A stretch of DNA of 63,436 nt, counting the filler, from Rhabdomonas costata (lineage: Eukaryota), in assembly GCA_019059605.1 (NCBI GenBank). It is 34 parts of 34 records of this genome, joined end to end, with 100 filler letters (N's around TTAATTAATTAA, not from the genome) between each part and the next. Parts side by side here need not be neighbours in the genome. Positions count along the whole stretch, not along the records: positions 35,515 to 37,282 come from JAHMHO010009335.1; positions 37,383 to 39,151 come from JAHMHO010009336.1; positions 39,252 to 41,019 come from JAHMHO010009337.1; positions 41,120 to 42,887 come from JAHMHO010009338.1; positions 42,988 to 44,755 come from JAHMHO010009339.1; positions 44,856 to 46,623 come from JAHMHO010009340.1; positions 46,724 to 48,490 come from JAHMHO010009341.1; 27 more parts are not named here. One strand, given 5' to 3'. Each line of letters starts with the position of its first letter. Positions within the stretch are counted from its first letter, which is position 1. Made by a program: the position numbers and the translations under genes. A model generated the notes under the pieces. That model saw only the letters and a program-made list of their open reading frames with translations. It searched no databases and had not been told where the DNA came from. Below are positions 36,060-47,533 of the stretch, piece by piece.

Positions 36060-37780
36060 TACACTCTAATCATGGACCTAAACCATGACCAAACACCATG
36101 ATATAAACACGTGTATGCGTAGAACTACAATTATGGCAACAAACCATAGCCTGGTCATGCCAAATACCCACGTTGTGGTGCCAGTGGCCATACAACAGTG
36201 TCCTACCACACAGCCTACTACTACTTTGGTTGCCAATTCTACCGCGACATGTTCAGATTCTACCTGACCACACGCGATGGCTACACGTGTGATGCGGGAT
36301 GGTGGCACGAACCTAACGGCCGACTACCCGTCCTTTCATTATCCCCCACGCATAATGTTGTATATGGGATTATGCAACCTTTACCAACCTGTGGCGTGAT
36401 CACACAAATAGCCCCACCCAACCCCAGAATCTAAGGCGTAGCAATAGGAGATGAGCAACCTGTACCGTTCCCACTGAGCCATCCTCTCTGGTAACAACAC
36501 CCAAAGTCGATAACGAAGGCCAGCTACTCATGAAGGTCCTTGGAAAGTGGCATCAGTGACAACACCCAAGCTCCAATTGCCGAAGGACACCCAACAGGTA
36601 ACCCGCACAGCACCACCAAGCACACACGCAACGTTGCATTACCATCCTTGTCTAAAGCGCTAGAACCATCACCCCTACGCAAGCCACGCGAACCCACCAC
36701 CCACCACCCACCGATGCACTACCAATGCACTACTCACGATACCCTCTCCACTACACCATAGACAGATACAGAAACGGAGACAGAAACACGAACCAAACAG
36801 TACCGATACACTTCCCACGATACCCTCACGAAGTCACGCTCACATAACCCGAACCCAGAGACGCGAAGGACTGGACATGATAGAGAGGTAACCTATCCAC
36901 TTTCGCTTGAAGCATCCTTGCCGTGAACCTGGCGCAGAGTACACGTCTGGAGTTGACCATACCATCACCCTATGCTTCAATGCGGCAACATTTACCGTGT
37001 TTGTTGGAGAGTCTATTGAGGTGCTCCAAGCGGGGCCTCAGATACCAGTCCTGTGACTTAGAACTGAGTGTTCCAGTGGTCAACATGTTGCGTTTCTTGC
37101 GTACTTACATCCTTGCGCGTAAACCCAGCCCCATACACAGAACCTCCCATGGAAACAAGAATGCCGAAAACGGAGACCTAAGACCAAAGGCAGAAACCAA
37201 AATCCGAAGACCAAACCCGAAGACCGAAAACCAAAACCCGACACCCGAATGCAAAACCCAAAACCCCCAAACACACCAGCACNNNNNNNNNNNNNNNNNN
37301 NNNNNNNNNNNNNNNNNNNNNNNNNNTTAATTAATTAANNNNNNNNNNNNNNNNNNNNNNNNNNNNNNNNNNNNNNNNNNNNGGTTTTGTGTGGTACATT
37401 TGGGGGTGTTTTAATCGATATTATCATGCTGCCATCATATTTTCTTTGCTGAGGTAATGTGCAGTTTGGTTTCGTGGACCAATTCTCCTGTTCGTTCGTG
37501 TGTACAAGTGCACAAGTGCACAAGTGAGGCCCGAGAGGAGTCATCGCATAGAAAATTCTTTCTTCTGCGGCGTTCTATTCTTTTCCGTTTTTGCAGTGGT
37601 GCTTTGTGGTCTGTTAAAAACACACACACTTCAGTTTCTTGACTGGGGAACCTGTGACTGTGCTTTCCACTGTTGAAACCATCTTTGCTTGACATTCACG
37701 GGAGGGTGCGTATCTACAGGTGCAGCTCGTGGGCGTGGTCAGCAATAGTGCAGGCGCACAGGTTGGACTGGTGACTACAG

Positions 37781-38431
37781 AGGCCCTTGGCGATGCCCCT
37801 CAGAAAAGCCGAAGCAGCGCTGCCCGCCAGCAACTCGCCGTGGCGCTGTCAGATCTGGGCACCCAGCTGAAGCTGACGGGAAAGCCAGCGGTCTGTGACA
37901 TTTTTGAGAGATCCCCTCCATTGCGATGTGTGCATACGCTGGTCTCGAAAATGTCACGGGGTGACGTTATGGGCCTTTTTGTCGAAGGCTGTGGTTATTA
38001 TTTGTGTTAAGCTGGCCTGCGCCAAATTTCAAATCACAAATTACATCCACGTGGTTCCACCTTCTTTTTTGAAGAGGCCACCACAACGAACAGGTGAAAC
38101 GAAGCCAAGCACAGAAAATAAAAAGAAACTTATGAACATGGAAAAGATCTGAAACCTACTTCAGTTTTGCCGTCATCGGTGAATTTTCAAATGGATGGAT
38201 CCAATCAGGTGTGTGTTGCGCCGATCAAGTGTCTTTATAGCAAAAGCCTTTACGTGTGTTACTATTTTTTGTTGCAATCCCAGGTGATCGCTTATCGTCC
38301 GATAACCTGTTTCGACTATAACTTCTGACAGAAGCTGAGCCCGTTGTGCTTATATCTTTTCGGGGGGGGGGGGTTCCCAGGAGGCCAGGGCGCGCTACCT
38401 CGAAGCTCTGGAGTACAACGACAAATATCCG
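37781..38431 (+). CDS. SPINDLY-like TPR protein (O-fucosyltransferase family), TPR exons
   Basis: Exons ~37781-37890 and 38381-38431 give AARQQLAVALSDLGTQLKLTGKPA|EARARYLEALEYNDKYP, close to the SPY TPR segment I recall as LAIVLTDLGTSLKLAG...EGIQKYYEAL. Confidence 0.7.
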
Positions 38432-40862
38432 GTATTCCTTTGTTGGGTCAATCGTCAACGTGCGCTCAAAAGTCCTCAGCACCATGTCTACTCCTTCACA
38501 TTCGGAAAACCAACCCCCAGCTCAGGAATGGGATCGCACAGCACAAGCCGCGTTGATTTTGCGACTTCCCTTGCTCACTCTTATTTGTATGGATGCTGAC
38601 TTCGAGCTCAAAAGCTTCTTCCCCAAAATCGGTGAGCAGTTGGGACGGGTTAAGCTTTGTGATCGGTTATCTTGTGTAAACTTAGTGCCCCGTTCATGAG
38701 TGAAATTTCTCCGGGGATGAAGCAGGACTTTCTACCTCTGTGTACGAAAATCTTACAATTGCCCGCTGCCCACCAGTCTGGACCTCGCAGGAAATACTTT
38801 CTATTGCGGTGGTTGCGGTTCCAGCCTTTCACTTTCCCTCGAGTCCTCAGTGAAACAACAAACCTGTACATGAAGCAAAGTAGCGACATGCACGGGCGGT
38901 TTCCGTTTCTGGGCCCACGCGCAAAAAGAAATCTAATTACACATATACATGGAAGGTCAACCACAACCCCTCCCCGAAACCCAAGACTAACGCGTTCCCT
39001 GTCACCCTACTCTTCACTTGTTCAAATTGGCAGATCCACAGAAGAAATCAGGCTCTTCTGCTTCACTGTCCAATAACATTGTGGCCGCTCCTGCCTTCCT
39101 GGGGGTGATCTACCGATCCACGACCCCGCACCCGCAACGGTAGCCAAGAAGNNNNNNNNNNNNNNNNNNNNNNNNNNNNNNNNNNNNNNNNNNNNTTAAT
39201 TAATTAANNNNNNNNNNNNNNNNNNNNNNNNNNNNNNNNNNNNNNNNNNNNTGTGTTGGAGTATGATGCTTGGGTTCATCGAATGAGTAGATGAAGGACG
39301 GAGCACTGTTAGCTTGTGGAGGTGTGTCCAGCTGTGGTGTAGCTGCTTTTAGTCAAACCTCCCGCAGTGATATCGTGGACACCCGCGCAGCTACCGTTGA
39401 ACCGCTTGCGGGTCTGCGCTTGTTCTTTAGCGTTACACGGAATGTGTGGGTTGGTGGAGACCTAGAGTTGTAGTGGAGGTTCTGGAGGCAACGTAATATG
39501 AATATAAAACTGCACAGCTTCCGCGAGTCAAAGAGCACGCATATGCACATGTTTTTGATGGGGTCACGTGGGGTTACATGTTGACGGAAGTGTGTGAGCG
39601 TGTGTTTGACTCAGTTGGCGCCAGCAGCAGTGGTGAGGATGTGCAGAAATGCTTGCACGGGGCTTGTGTCATGGCGTACCTACCAGGCGCTGCCAGTTTA
39701 AAGTGTACGGTGTGTGTGACTGTCATAGGCGCTGTTCGTGTCAATTGCATCAAATATTGGACGCGGGTGTGGATTAGATGTCCACGCACGTGCGGGGACG
39801 CTAATTTGGTCCTTTCTGTGGACGCGCGATAGACGTTCGTACACGCATGTGATCTCATTACTAGTCTTGGTTCTTGTGGTATCGTGTAGTTCTCTGTTAC
39901 CTACGGAAGTGAAGCGCAGCCCTACCAGAAGTGTTGGGTGTGCGCGTAAGTTTGCTGACGCATTGCGTTATTGTGGTTCTGTAGATGAATCTGCTTTACT
40001 ACTGTGTGATACGGCTAGCCTCTTTCCTTCTATGCAAGGATGTGGATGTAGAAATGTCCTTATGGTGTACCAATGTGCTTTGCTATCATCTGTGCGTTAC
40101 ATTCCTTGTGAGTGCATTTCTTGCGGGATCTTTCCTGCTTTTTCCTTTGTTGCTATCTAAATCGAAATCGAAATTAATGTAATGATTGTACCTGCCCCAC
40201 AACCCTCGCTGAACTGCACACAAGTTGAGTGGTTGATATGGATGCCTGACATAGGAACCAGAGCAACTGGTCAACTATTGATCAGAAGACCAAAAAACTG
40301 AAAGATGGACTGGTAGCGAGGTGATCATACAAACAAGTCGTTGAAGCGCTGCATCAAAAAGACATTCTGGAGTGTCCACTTAAGAGGCGGATTATGTTCA
40401 CGTCATATCCTACATGGAGTCCTGCATGGCGGCGTACGCAGCAGAGGCGAATATCGTCCATTATGGTGAGTTCAACCTCCAGCACGCTTCTTTGCCGTGC
40501 CGTAGGCCCAGTGACTTGGCGCCAGGCATTCACAAAATCGTCCAGGTTGCCTGATTTCAATTGCACAACAATTCATCACGCCGTCTGTTTAGTCAATTTG
40601 TAGCATTCGTAAATGGCGATAATTATGCGCGGAACGTTCGACAGACTAGGTTCACAATGGCGCTTTGCCATGTGTGTGTGGTGTGGTGTGGTGTGGCCCT
40701 GAGGATCAGAAGGAGCGTCACCCATGGGTTCTCTTACTAATCTGTTGATGGGGTTATTGTATTTTGCTTTCTTAGAAACATCAAAAGTTGGCAGTGCGTT
40801 GACATTTAAAACTTTCCCGTTATAATTAGTGAATAAGCGGAGCTGATATGTCATATTGAGGT

Positions 40863-40961
40863 GGGAAGCACTTTAGGTTGATGCGCGAGATTTTCCTCTA
40901 AGTCCGTTCCACGGCAACGGACTTAGAGGAAAATCTCGCGCATCAACCTAAAGTGCTTCCC
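40863..40961. repeat. Perfect 46-bp hairpin with 7-nt loop
   Basis: 40863-40908 is the reverse complement of 40916-40961. Confidence 0.92.
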
Positions 40962-41429
40962 TCCTTATACCAAGGGTAACCAGCGGTGCGTTGCACCTTG
41001 CTTTGTCCCAAACCAACAANNNNNNNNNNNNNNNNNNNNNNNNNNNNNNNNNNNNNNNNNNNNTTAATTAATTAANNNNNNNNNNNNNNNNNNNNNNNNN
41101 NNNNNNNNNNNNNNNNNNNGGTTATTGTTTTGGTGTCGTTCGACGCTGATGGAATATGAAGCAAAGCAGCATTCTTCCGAGAGTCGAACCGAAAACATCT
41201 GTTCTGGAACTTTCCGCGGGTAAAAGACCAGGGAAAATCACAACAAAAGGACAAATGTCATCAGTCGCACAGCCTGAAACAGCCGGACACATGCGCAACC
41301 TTGGTGCACCCGCCGTGGCGAAGTGCCTTGCTACCGCTCGGGGCGTTGGTGTGATAATCGTGACGGTGTTGTTGTTGCGTGTGTGTGTGTGGGTGGGTGG
41401 GTGTTTGGGCAACAGCAACCAGCGTGACT

Positions 41430-42760
41430 GGTAGTGCTGCGGATGGCCTGCGCTGCGGCGACGTGGTTGTTGTGGATACCGTTAGCTTTCAAGAGGTGGG
41501 GGTCCTGGAAGCACGCGGGTCCGCAATAGAGGCCCTGGCCTTCTCACCCGATAGTTTTCGCCTGGCCGCCGCTTCAGAGCAGGTCGTGAGGAGTGTGTGA
41601 ATGTGCATGTGCATGATGATGATATCAACTATTCCGGACATGTCACCTCGTCTCACATCTGTGTCTTGTTTCTGACATCCCCGACACCACTCTCCTTTCT
41701 CCTTTCTCCTTGTTTGCTCTTGAAAAAAATGACGGTGTCTTCGCTCACTGTTCGATGGGGATAGGATGGATGCTTTTGCAGGCTCATTGCACACAGCGTG
41801 TCCCCCCCCCCAGGGTGACGCAGGCAAACACTTTTTTGACCCTAACTGCACCGAACACTTCATTTTCTCACATCACATTGTTTCCATCAATCATTTTTTG
41901 TGGCCACCCTCCCTCGCTCTCCATGATTGTGAACCGGAAATGAGGTCATACCTACTTCTCTTGTGGGCAACAGTAATGAGTGATTTTTGGCACACACTAC
42001 CTTGTGTGGTGGGAGGGAAACAGACATTTCCGAAGGAAACCATATTTGTATCCATGGCAAGCTCCGTACCCAGGATTTTGCATGCGATGTCCACAACAGT
42101 GTTTAGTAATGCCTGAAGGGACACACACAGATGCCTGAAGTGACTTGTGGAAAACTTGTATACATATACATAAACTCATCAAAAACCTAGTATTTCAGCA
42201 GTTGTTCCTCTGCAACAAATGCACTTCTTCCGTCTCATCCGAATGCAGCACAAAGGGCAGGGGCGGCATATTTGCTTTTTTGTGTGCAGGGCACGGTGAT
42301 CTGTGTGTTTGACACCAGCTCTTGCCGTGCCGTGCAGACTCTTCGGCGCGGTTCCTCTGCGGCCACTATAACTGGGCTCTCATTCAGCTCCGACGCCGCA
42401 CTGCTGGCCGTACTCTCGGATAAGGGCACCGTGCACCTGTTCCAAGTTACAGAGAAGTTGCCCTGCCATCTTTCCATCCTTGCGCCCCCCCCCCCCAAAG
42501 CTTAATCGCCCAGCTAGCCAGGCAACATTATTCGTACTGAAGTCCGACAACGCGCGGTGCAGTTCTTATGGAGCGTTATCGAACCCGTTCTTCGAACTCG
42601 ACTTTTTTCAGCAGCCAGTCATTTTTTTCTAGTACCAAGGGGTAGTCGGCACTGTGACTTCTTTCTTCTCTGCCGCAGCAAGAAGAAGCGAAAGGAGAGC
42701 TTCACCGTGAGCAAGCTCAGCACACTGTTGGACAGCGCCAGAAGCGCGACCCATGTGAAG
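41430..42760 (+). CDS. PROPPIN (ATG18/WIPI family) paralog A, divergent, partial
   Basis: Exons ~41430-41582, 42290-42456 and 42679-42760 give GDVVVVD...IEALAFSPDSFRLAAASEQ|GTVICVFD...LRRGSSAATITGLSFS...LSDKGTVHLF, containing the LRRG signature. Confidence 0.85.
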
Positions 42761-43299
42761 GTGAGACACCCAATGGTGGGGGATGGGCCCGCTTATTGGA
42801 GGTTATACGGGAAAACGACGTTATACCGAACAGTAACGTTATACCGCATCAAAACGTTAAACCATCCCCCCCTCCTAAAAAAACAACNNNNNNNNNNNNN
42901 NNNNNNNNNNNNNNNNNNNNNNNNNNNNNNNTTAATTAATTAANNNNNNNNNNNNNNNNNNNNNNNNNNNNNNNNNNNNNNNNNNNNGGTTTTTGTTTCA
43001 TTCCTCTTGTCTCGAGGAATGATACAGAAAGTCAAAACATTTTGCATTTGCACAGCGCTTGCGCTGTGACAGTTCGAAGACTGCAACAGGAAAAGAAATT
43101 GTCCAGCAATGCGAAGAGATGAGAGGGACATCAAGGAAACATCTGCTTTACCGCAGCTAAAGTGTCAGCTAAACCCAAAGAAACGGATTTGTTTTGCAGC
43201 ATGGCACAGCGGCAGTGCTAGCGACACAGGGGCGTCAACGAAAGGACGGAATTGCGTGACGATTCAGCATGGCAACATGGTAGTGCAAGAAAGTGGAAC

Positions 43300-44739
43300 C
43301 TCTTTTATTAACGTTGGACGTGAGGCCTGAAGGTCGAATATCCGAATTAATGTTCCCTGAAAAAATACAATCAAGGGATCATCCATCCGAAACAAGGCTG
43401 CACAACGACGACAACCCGCACTGAAAGCAAAACATATAAAACCACACCAACAAAGCCGCATTTGGACGATGTGCACAAGAAGCATCCTTTGAACAAAAAC
43501 GCTGCCAAGGAACGCAACCAAAGCACAATTTAGCAGAGGAGATTTGAACAATGCGCAAAATTAACGAACAAGATTATAGGTGGGCGTGATTATGTGCAAA
43601 AGCAACCTGTGGTCCATATCAACTCAAGAATGGCAACATAGAGACAGAGAGAGGGGATAGAGAGACAGGATTCCTTTTCTTATCGAATTTCACACCACCT
43701 CCCAAGAAATAGCAGAAAATCATCAAAGAGAGAATAGTAGACACACACAAAAAAAAACAGAGAGAGAGAGAGAGAGAATAGTGCATGGAACCTTCTCAGA
43801 GGCAGTTGCCAGAAAGGTCCCATTGCTGTTCAGCGCCAAGCAGGCCAGCCCGTTGTTGTGCGCTTTGAAAATCCTCGAATCAGACTCCAAGGGGTCAATA
43901 TTGACCACTCTCACATGCCCTGGGTATGTCCATGCCCATGTTGGTGAATTTATTACAGATTGACGTGACTAAGCTTTCATAAGTTCTAGCGAATGTCTTC
44001 CTGCCTCCTGCTTTGCTCACCCGCACATCCGCGAAAGTGAGAAGAGGGGCACCTGGTTGCAGCGAAGGGATCGCCAAAACAGCCCCTGTGTCCTCCAGGG
44101 AAGTCGCCACTATTCCTGCGGAGAGGTTGCAACACAGCCTGACCTAGGCACAACATATCACACTCCGCTCTGCTGCACCCGCAAATTGAAGAAAGAAGCC
44201 CCCCCATTATCGCCACGTTTTCCTCAACCAAGGAAACCTTTCAATGAGCATCACCCGCCCAGGTTTCCAGTGGCTGCAGTTTATCTGGAAAGACACTACA
44301 AGAAAGCGAAACTCATCATTACTATTCAGAGCCAGAGTAGCAGCGTTTCAATCCAAGATTAAGACCATTTCTTTGTTGAACAAAACCTTGTTGTGATGAA
44401 ACTATTTCGAGGCAGAATTACTGATCACCTCAGCCGTTTACACGTGCAAACAGTTTGTGTTTGTGCGTGTGGGCGTGTGGGTGGAGCTGAAACCGAAGCG
44501 CCTGAGGTAATATGTTGTGTTATTGTATGCTCGTTTATGTTTCATCGCAATCGCCTCACTACATAATATTAAGGTTCTCTGTACAGCGACAATGCTCTCA
44601 AATTGGTTGCAAAAAGTAAAAAAAAACAAGTCAAAAAGGCGGGCTGCCTCGGGGATTCGCAACGGTGTCGAACTTAGTCAAGACCTCAAACTTCTTAAAG
44701 CCGTATATGCACACGGCGGAGGACGTCACCACGATGATT
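43300..44739 (-). CDS. PROPPIN (WIPI3/4, Hsv2-like) paralog B, partial
   Basis: Exons 44739-44648, 44115-44053, 43919-43792 and 43356-43300 give IIVV...FDTVANPR|GIVA...LAIP...|GHVRV...AHNNGLACLALNSNGTFLATASEK|GTLIRIFD. Confidence 0.9.
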
Positions 44740-45015
44740 CTGACGAAAAAAAAACNNNNNNNNNNNNNNNNNNNNNNNNNNNNNNNNNNNNNNNNNNNNT
44801 TAATTAATTAANNNNNNNNNNNNNNNNNNNNNNNNNNNNNNNNNNNNNNNNNNNNGGTTTTGGTGACGAGGCAGCGCTCGGACGATTGGCGCCTCTCTCG
44901 CTCATACCCCTGTCTCCTTCCTGAGGGATTCTCACTATCTTCGTTGGTTTTTTCCAAACATTTTAGGTAATTTGGCGCTCTTCGTTTTTTTCCCACAAAA
45001 ACTGCGGTCCAAACT

Positions 45016-46352
45016 ATGAGCGGGGGCACCCCTGTGCTCGTCCCTGGGGATACCCCGGGGGCTATGTCCTCCTCCGCGGAGAATCCCTTTGTGGGGATGT
45101 TTGAGGTCAGCAAGCACGCCGTGTGGAGCGTGTCCACGGCAAAGCACGGCAATGGGGTGCAGCAGCTTCTGGACGGCAGCCCAGAGACCTTTTGGCAGTA
45201 TCCTGTTCTTTTTCGCCTGTTGTTGACCCGCTTTTTTAGACTCGGGGCGAAATTGGAGAAATTTCGTTGTGTAAAATTTCGGACCAAAACATCCTGCTGT
45301 ATATACATGCCTGCTGTATATACAAAGACCCTAGGCTTCGGCTTCGCCCTCCGACAAAGACTGAACTTTTGTTTAAAAAAAAAAGCCAAAAGATTAAAAA
45401 AATTCCTTGCATTAAAGTTTAAATCGCTGCTTTGCGTTGTCTGATTTGAGTTGAAGTCGAATTGCTGAATGCATTTTCTGATGCTGTGATGGACGGAACG
45501 CAGATGGGATGCATCGAAGCGTCCCAGAACAGTGGTCGAGCTGTTGATGTAACGCCTTGGAATCGGATGTCGCTGCGTTTGTGCTGATTGACTTTCACTC
45601 AGGGTAAAATGGGGTATCGGGAACGACTAGCTTACTTCGATTTTTGGTGGACGTTTGTGAGCTTTTTCTCGCGGCCTTGAGCATTTTACGGAAGTGTGCG
45701 CCCCTTCTGAGCTTTTTCGGCTTCTGGCCGTTTTGGAGGTTCCTGGGAACGCATTGCAGGGGAAGTGGACAAGGCTGTTGGGTGACCATGGCACAGGTCC
45801 GATGGAGCGCAGCCCCACGTCATTGACATTCAGTTCAACCGCCTGATGAGGATCTCCGAGCTCGCGCTCTACCTGGACTATGTCCTAGACGAGAGCTACA
45901 CCCCGCGGAAGTTCTCTGTTCGCTGTGGTACCCCACTTTCCGATCCTTCGTGCGGCTTTTTGGCTGTTCCCCGGCTGCTCACTTTTTTTTTGGGGGGGGG
46001 GTCTCAGGAACCAGCTTGCAAGACCTCCATGAGGTGCACGTCCTGGAGATAGACGAGCCCAAAGGCTGGGTCCGCGTTCCACTGAAAGGGGATGACAACA
46101 AGTAAACTGCGGCTGCCTCTTACCCACCCACTCCACACCACACCCATTTCGCCCAAAAATTGGTCGCCTGATGGATTGTCGGAGGTGCACGATCTCTGAG
46201 TAGAGGGGGTTTGCTGAAGTGCTCATGGAGGTGGGGCACTCGTGTTGGGTGGTCGAAGCCTCAGCTCTTTCACCTTCTTGTGTTTGACTGGGACAGGGAC
46301 TACGTTTGTTGCAACTGCGTCGAGATCGCGATCCTGGAAAACCATCAGAATG
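45016..46352 (+). CDS. ANAPC10: Anaphase-promoting complex subunit 10 (Doc1), first 4 exons
   Basis: Exons 45016-45197, 45797-45927, 46008-46101 and 46297-46352 give AVWSVSTAKHGNGV...TFWQ|SDGAQPH...DESYTP...|GT...EPKGWV...|ILENHQNG. Confidence 0.96.
45309..45351 (+). repeat. Short dispersed repeat, copy 1 (second copy at 52727-52774)
   Basis: gcctgctgtatatacaaa(a)gaccc.agg(cctg)cttcggctt.gccctc occurs on two different contigs. Confidence 0.8.
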
Positions 46353-46411
46353 GTAGGCGGCCGCTCTCCTTTTTTCCGTCCTGCTGTGAAGTGATATTTG
46401 TTTTTTTGCCC

Positions 46412-46611
46412 AAACAGGACCCTGTGTGGACGTGAATGTCTCTGGTTTCTTCCCATCCCGGTGCCCCATTCAGATGCGCAGGAGGATTGAGGCTGAGTGT
46501 TCTCAGTTCGCTCTAGTTCAGACAGACCCATGGAGTCGGTTCCATCGCACAGGATGGGGCACCGGGATGGGAAGAAACCAGAGACATTCACGTCCACACA
46601 GGGTCCTGTTT
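46412..46611. repeat. 58-bp inverted repeat pair at contig end (46412-46469 / 46554-46611)
   Basis: Perfect reverse-complement arms; the right arm ends 12 nt from the contig end. Confidence 0.9.
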
Positions 46612-46732
46612 AGACAACAAAAANNNNNNNNNNNNNNNNNNNNNNNNNNNNNNNNNNNNNNNNNNNNTTAATTAATTAANNNNNNNNNNNNNNNNNNNNN
46701 NNNNNNNNNNNNNNNNNNNNNNNGTTGTGGAT

Positions 46733-47533
46733 ATGACTGAGCCGATCATGGCTAGTGCCCCCCTGCTAGCCGTGGACGACAACCCGATTAACCTGAAATT
46801 AATTTCCAATATGCTGCGAAAGCTGGGCACCTCCTGCGACCTTGTGAACAGTGGCGACGAGGCCTTGGTGATGTGTGTGGCAAAGCAGTATCGTGGAATA
46901 CTGCTGGACTGCAATATGCCAGCAAAAGACGGGTGCTTGTGCATATCTTTAATTCTGTATTTTTGTTTTTTTTGGGGGGGGGGGGGGAGGTCTGTGGCAA
47001 TACCTGTGATCTGTTTGTACCGAACCACAGGCAAGAATACTATTTTCTTCTGTGCCATTGGCAACTGACACAACTGTCCCCAAGTCCCAACATATGAACC
47101 TGGTTTTGTTTAGTCTCTATTCCGATTAACCTAACCCCGAAGGGACAGCTGTTCTCGGACCTTTCCAGCGGTAAATGGGTATTTTGGTTGGCCGGTATTG
47201 GTTGTTTGGGCCGTATTTTTTTGGGTTGTTGTGCTGAGGTTCACCCTAACGTGTGAACGAAAACCTAATCGGTGATGATGTGGTGTCAAGAAATGTGTGT
47301 ACTGTTTTTATTTTTTTTGGGGGGGGGATTGGGATAGGTTTACCACGGCGGCTGAAATTCGCCAGCTGGATGGATATGGGGCTGCTCTTCCCATCGTTGC
47401 CGTCACCGCAGACGTCTCCGATGAGAGTCGTCAGCGATGCCTGAGCTGTGGGATGACCGACTACCTGGCAAAGCCCTTCACCCTTTCCGACTTGAGGGCC
47501 GTGCTGGCCCGAAATGGGCTGATGCCACCGTGA
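46733..47533 (+). CDS. CheY-like response-regulator receiver domain protein, 2 exons
   Basis: Exons 46733-46932 and 47338-47533 give LAVDDNPINL...ILLDCNMPAKDG|FTTAAEIR...LPIVAVTA...GMTDYLAKPF...*. The acidic pocket, phospho-Asp, Thr and Lys are all present. Confidence 0.93.

Noticed and set aside
41120-44755. Two adjacent ATG18/WIPI genes as a tandem or convergent cluster
   Set aside because: They lie on separate contigs either side of a linker; the adjacency comes from concatenation.
46412-46611. 58-bp inverted repeat as a structured intron element in APC10
   Set aside because: The arms are perfectly identical and end at the contig terminus, which favours an artefact.
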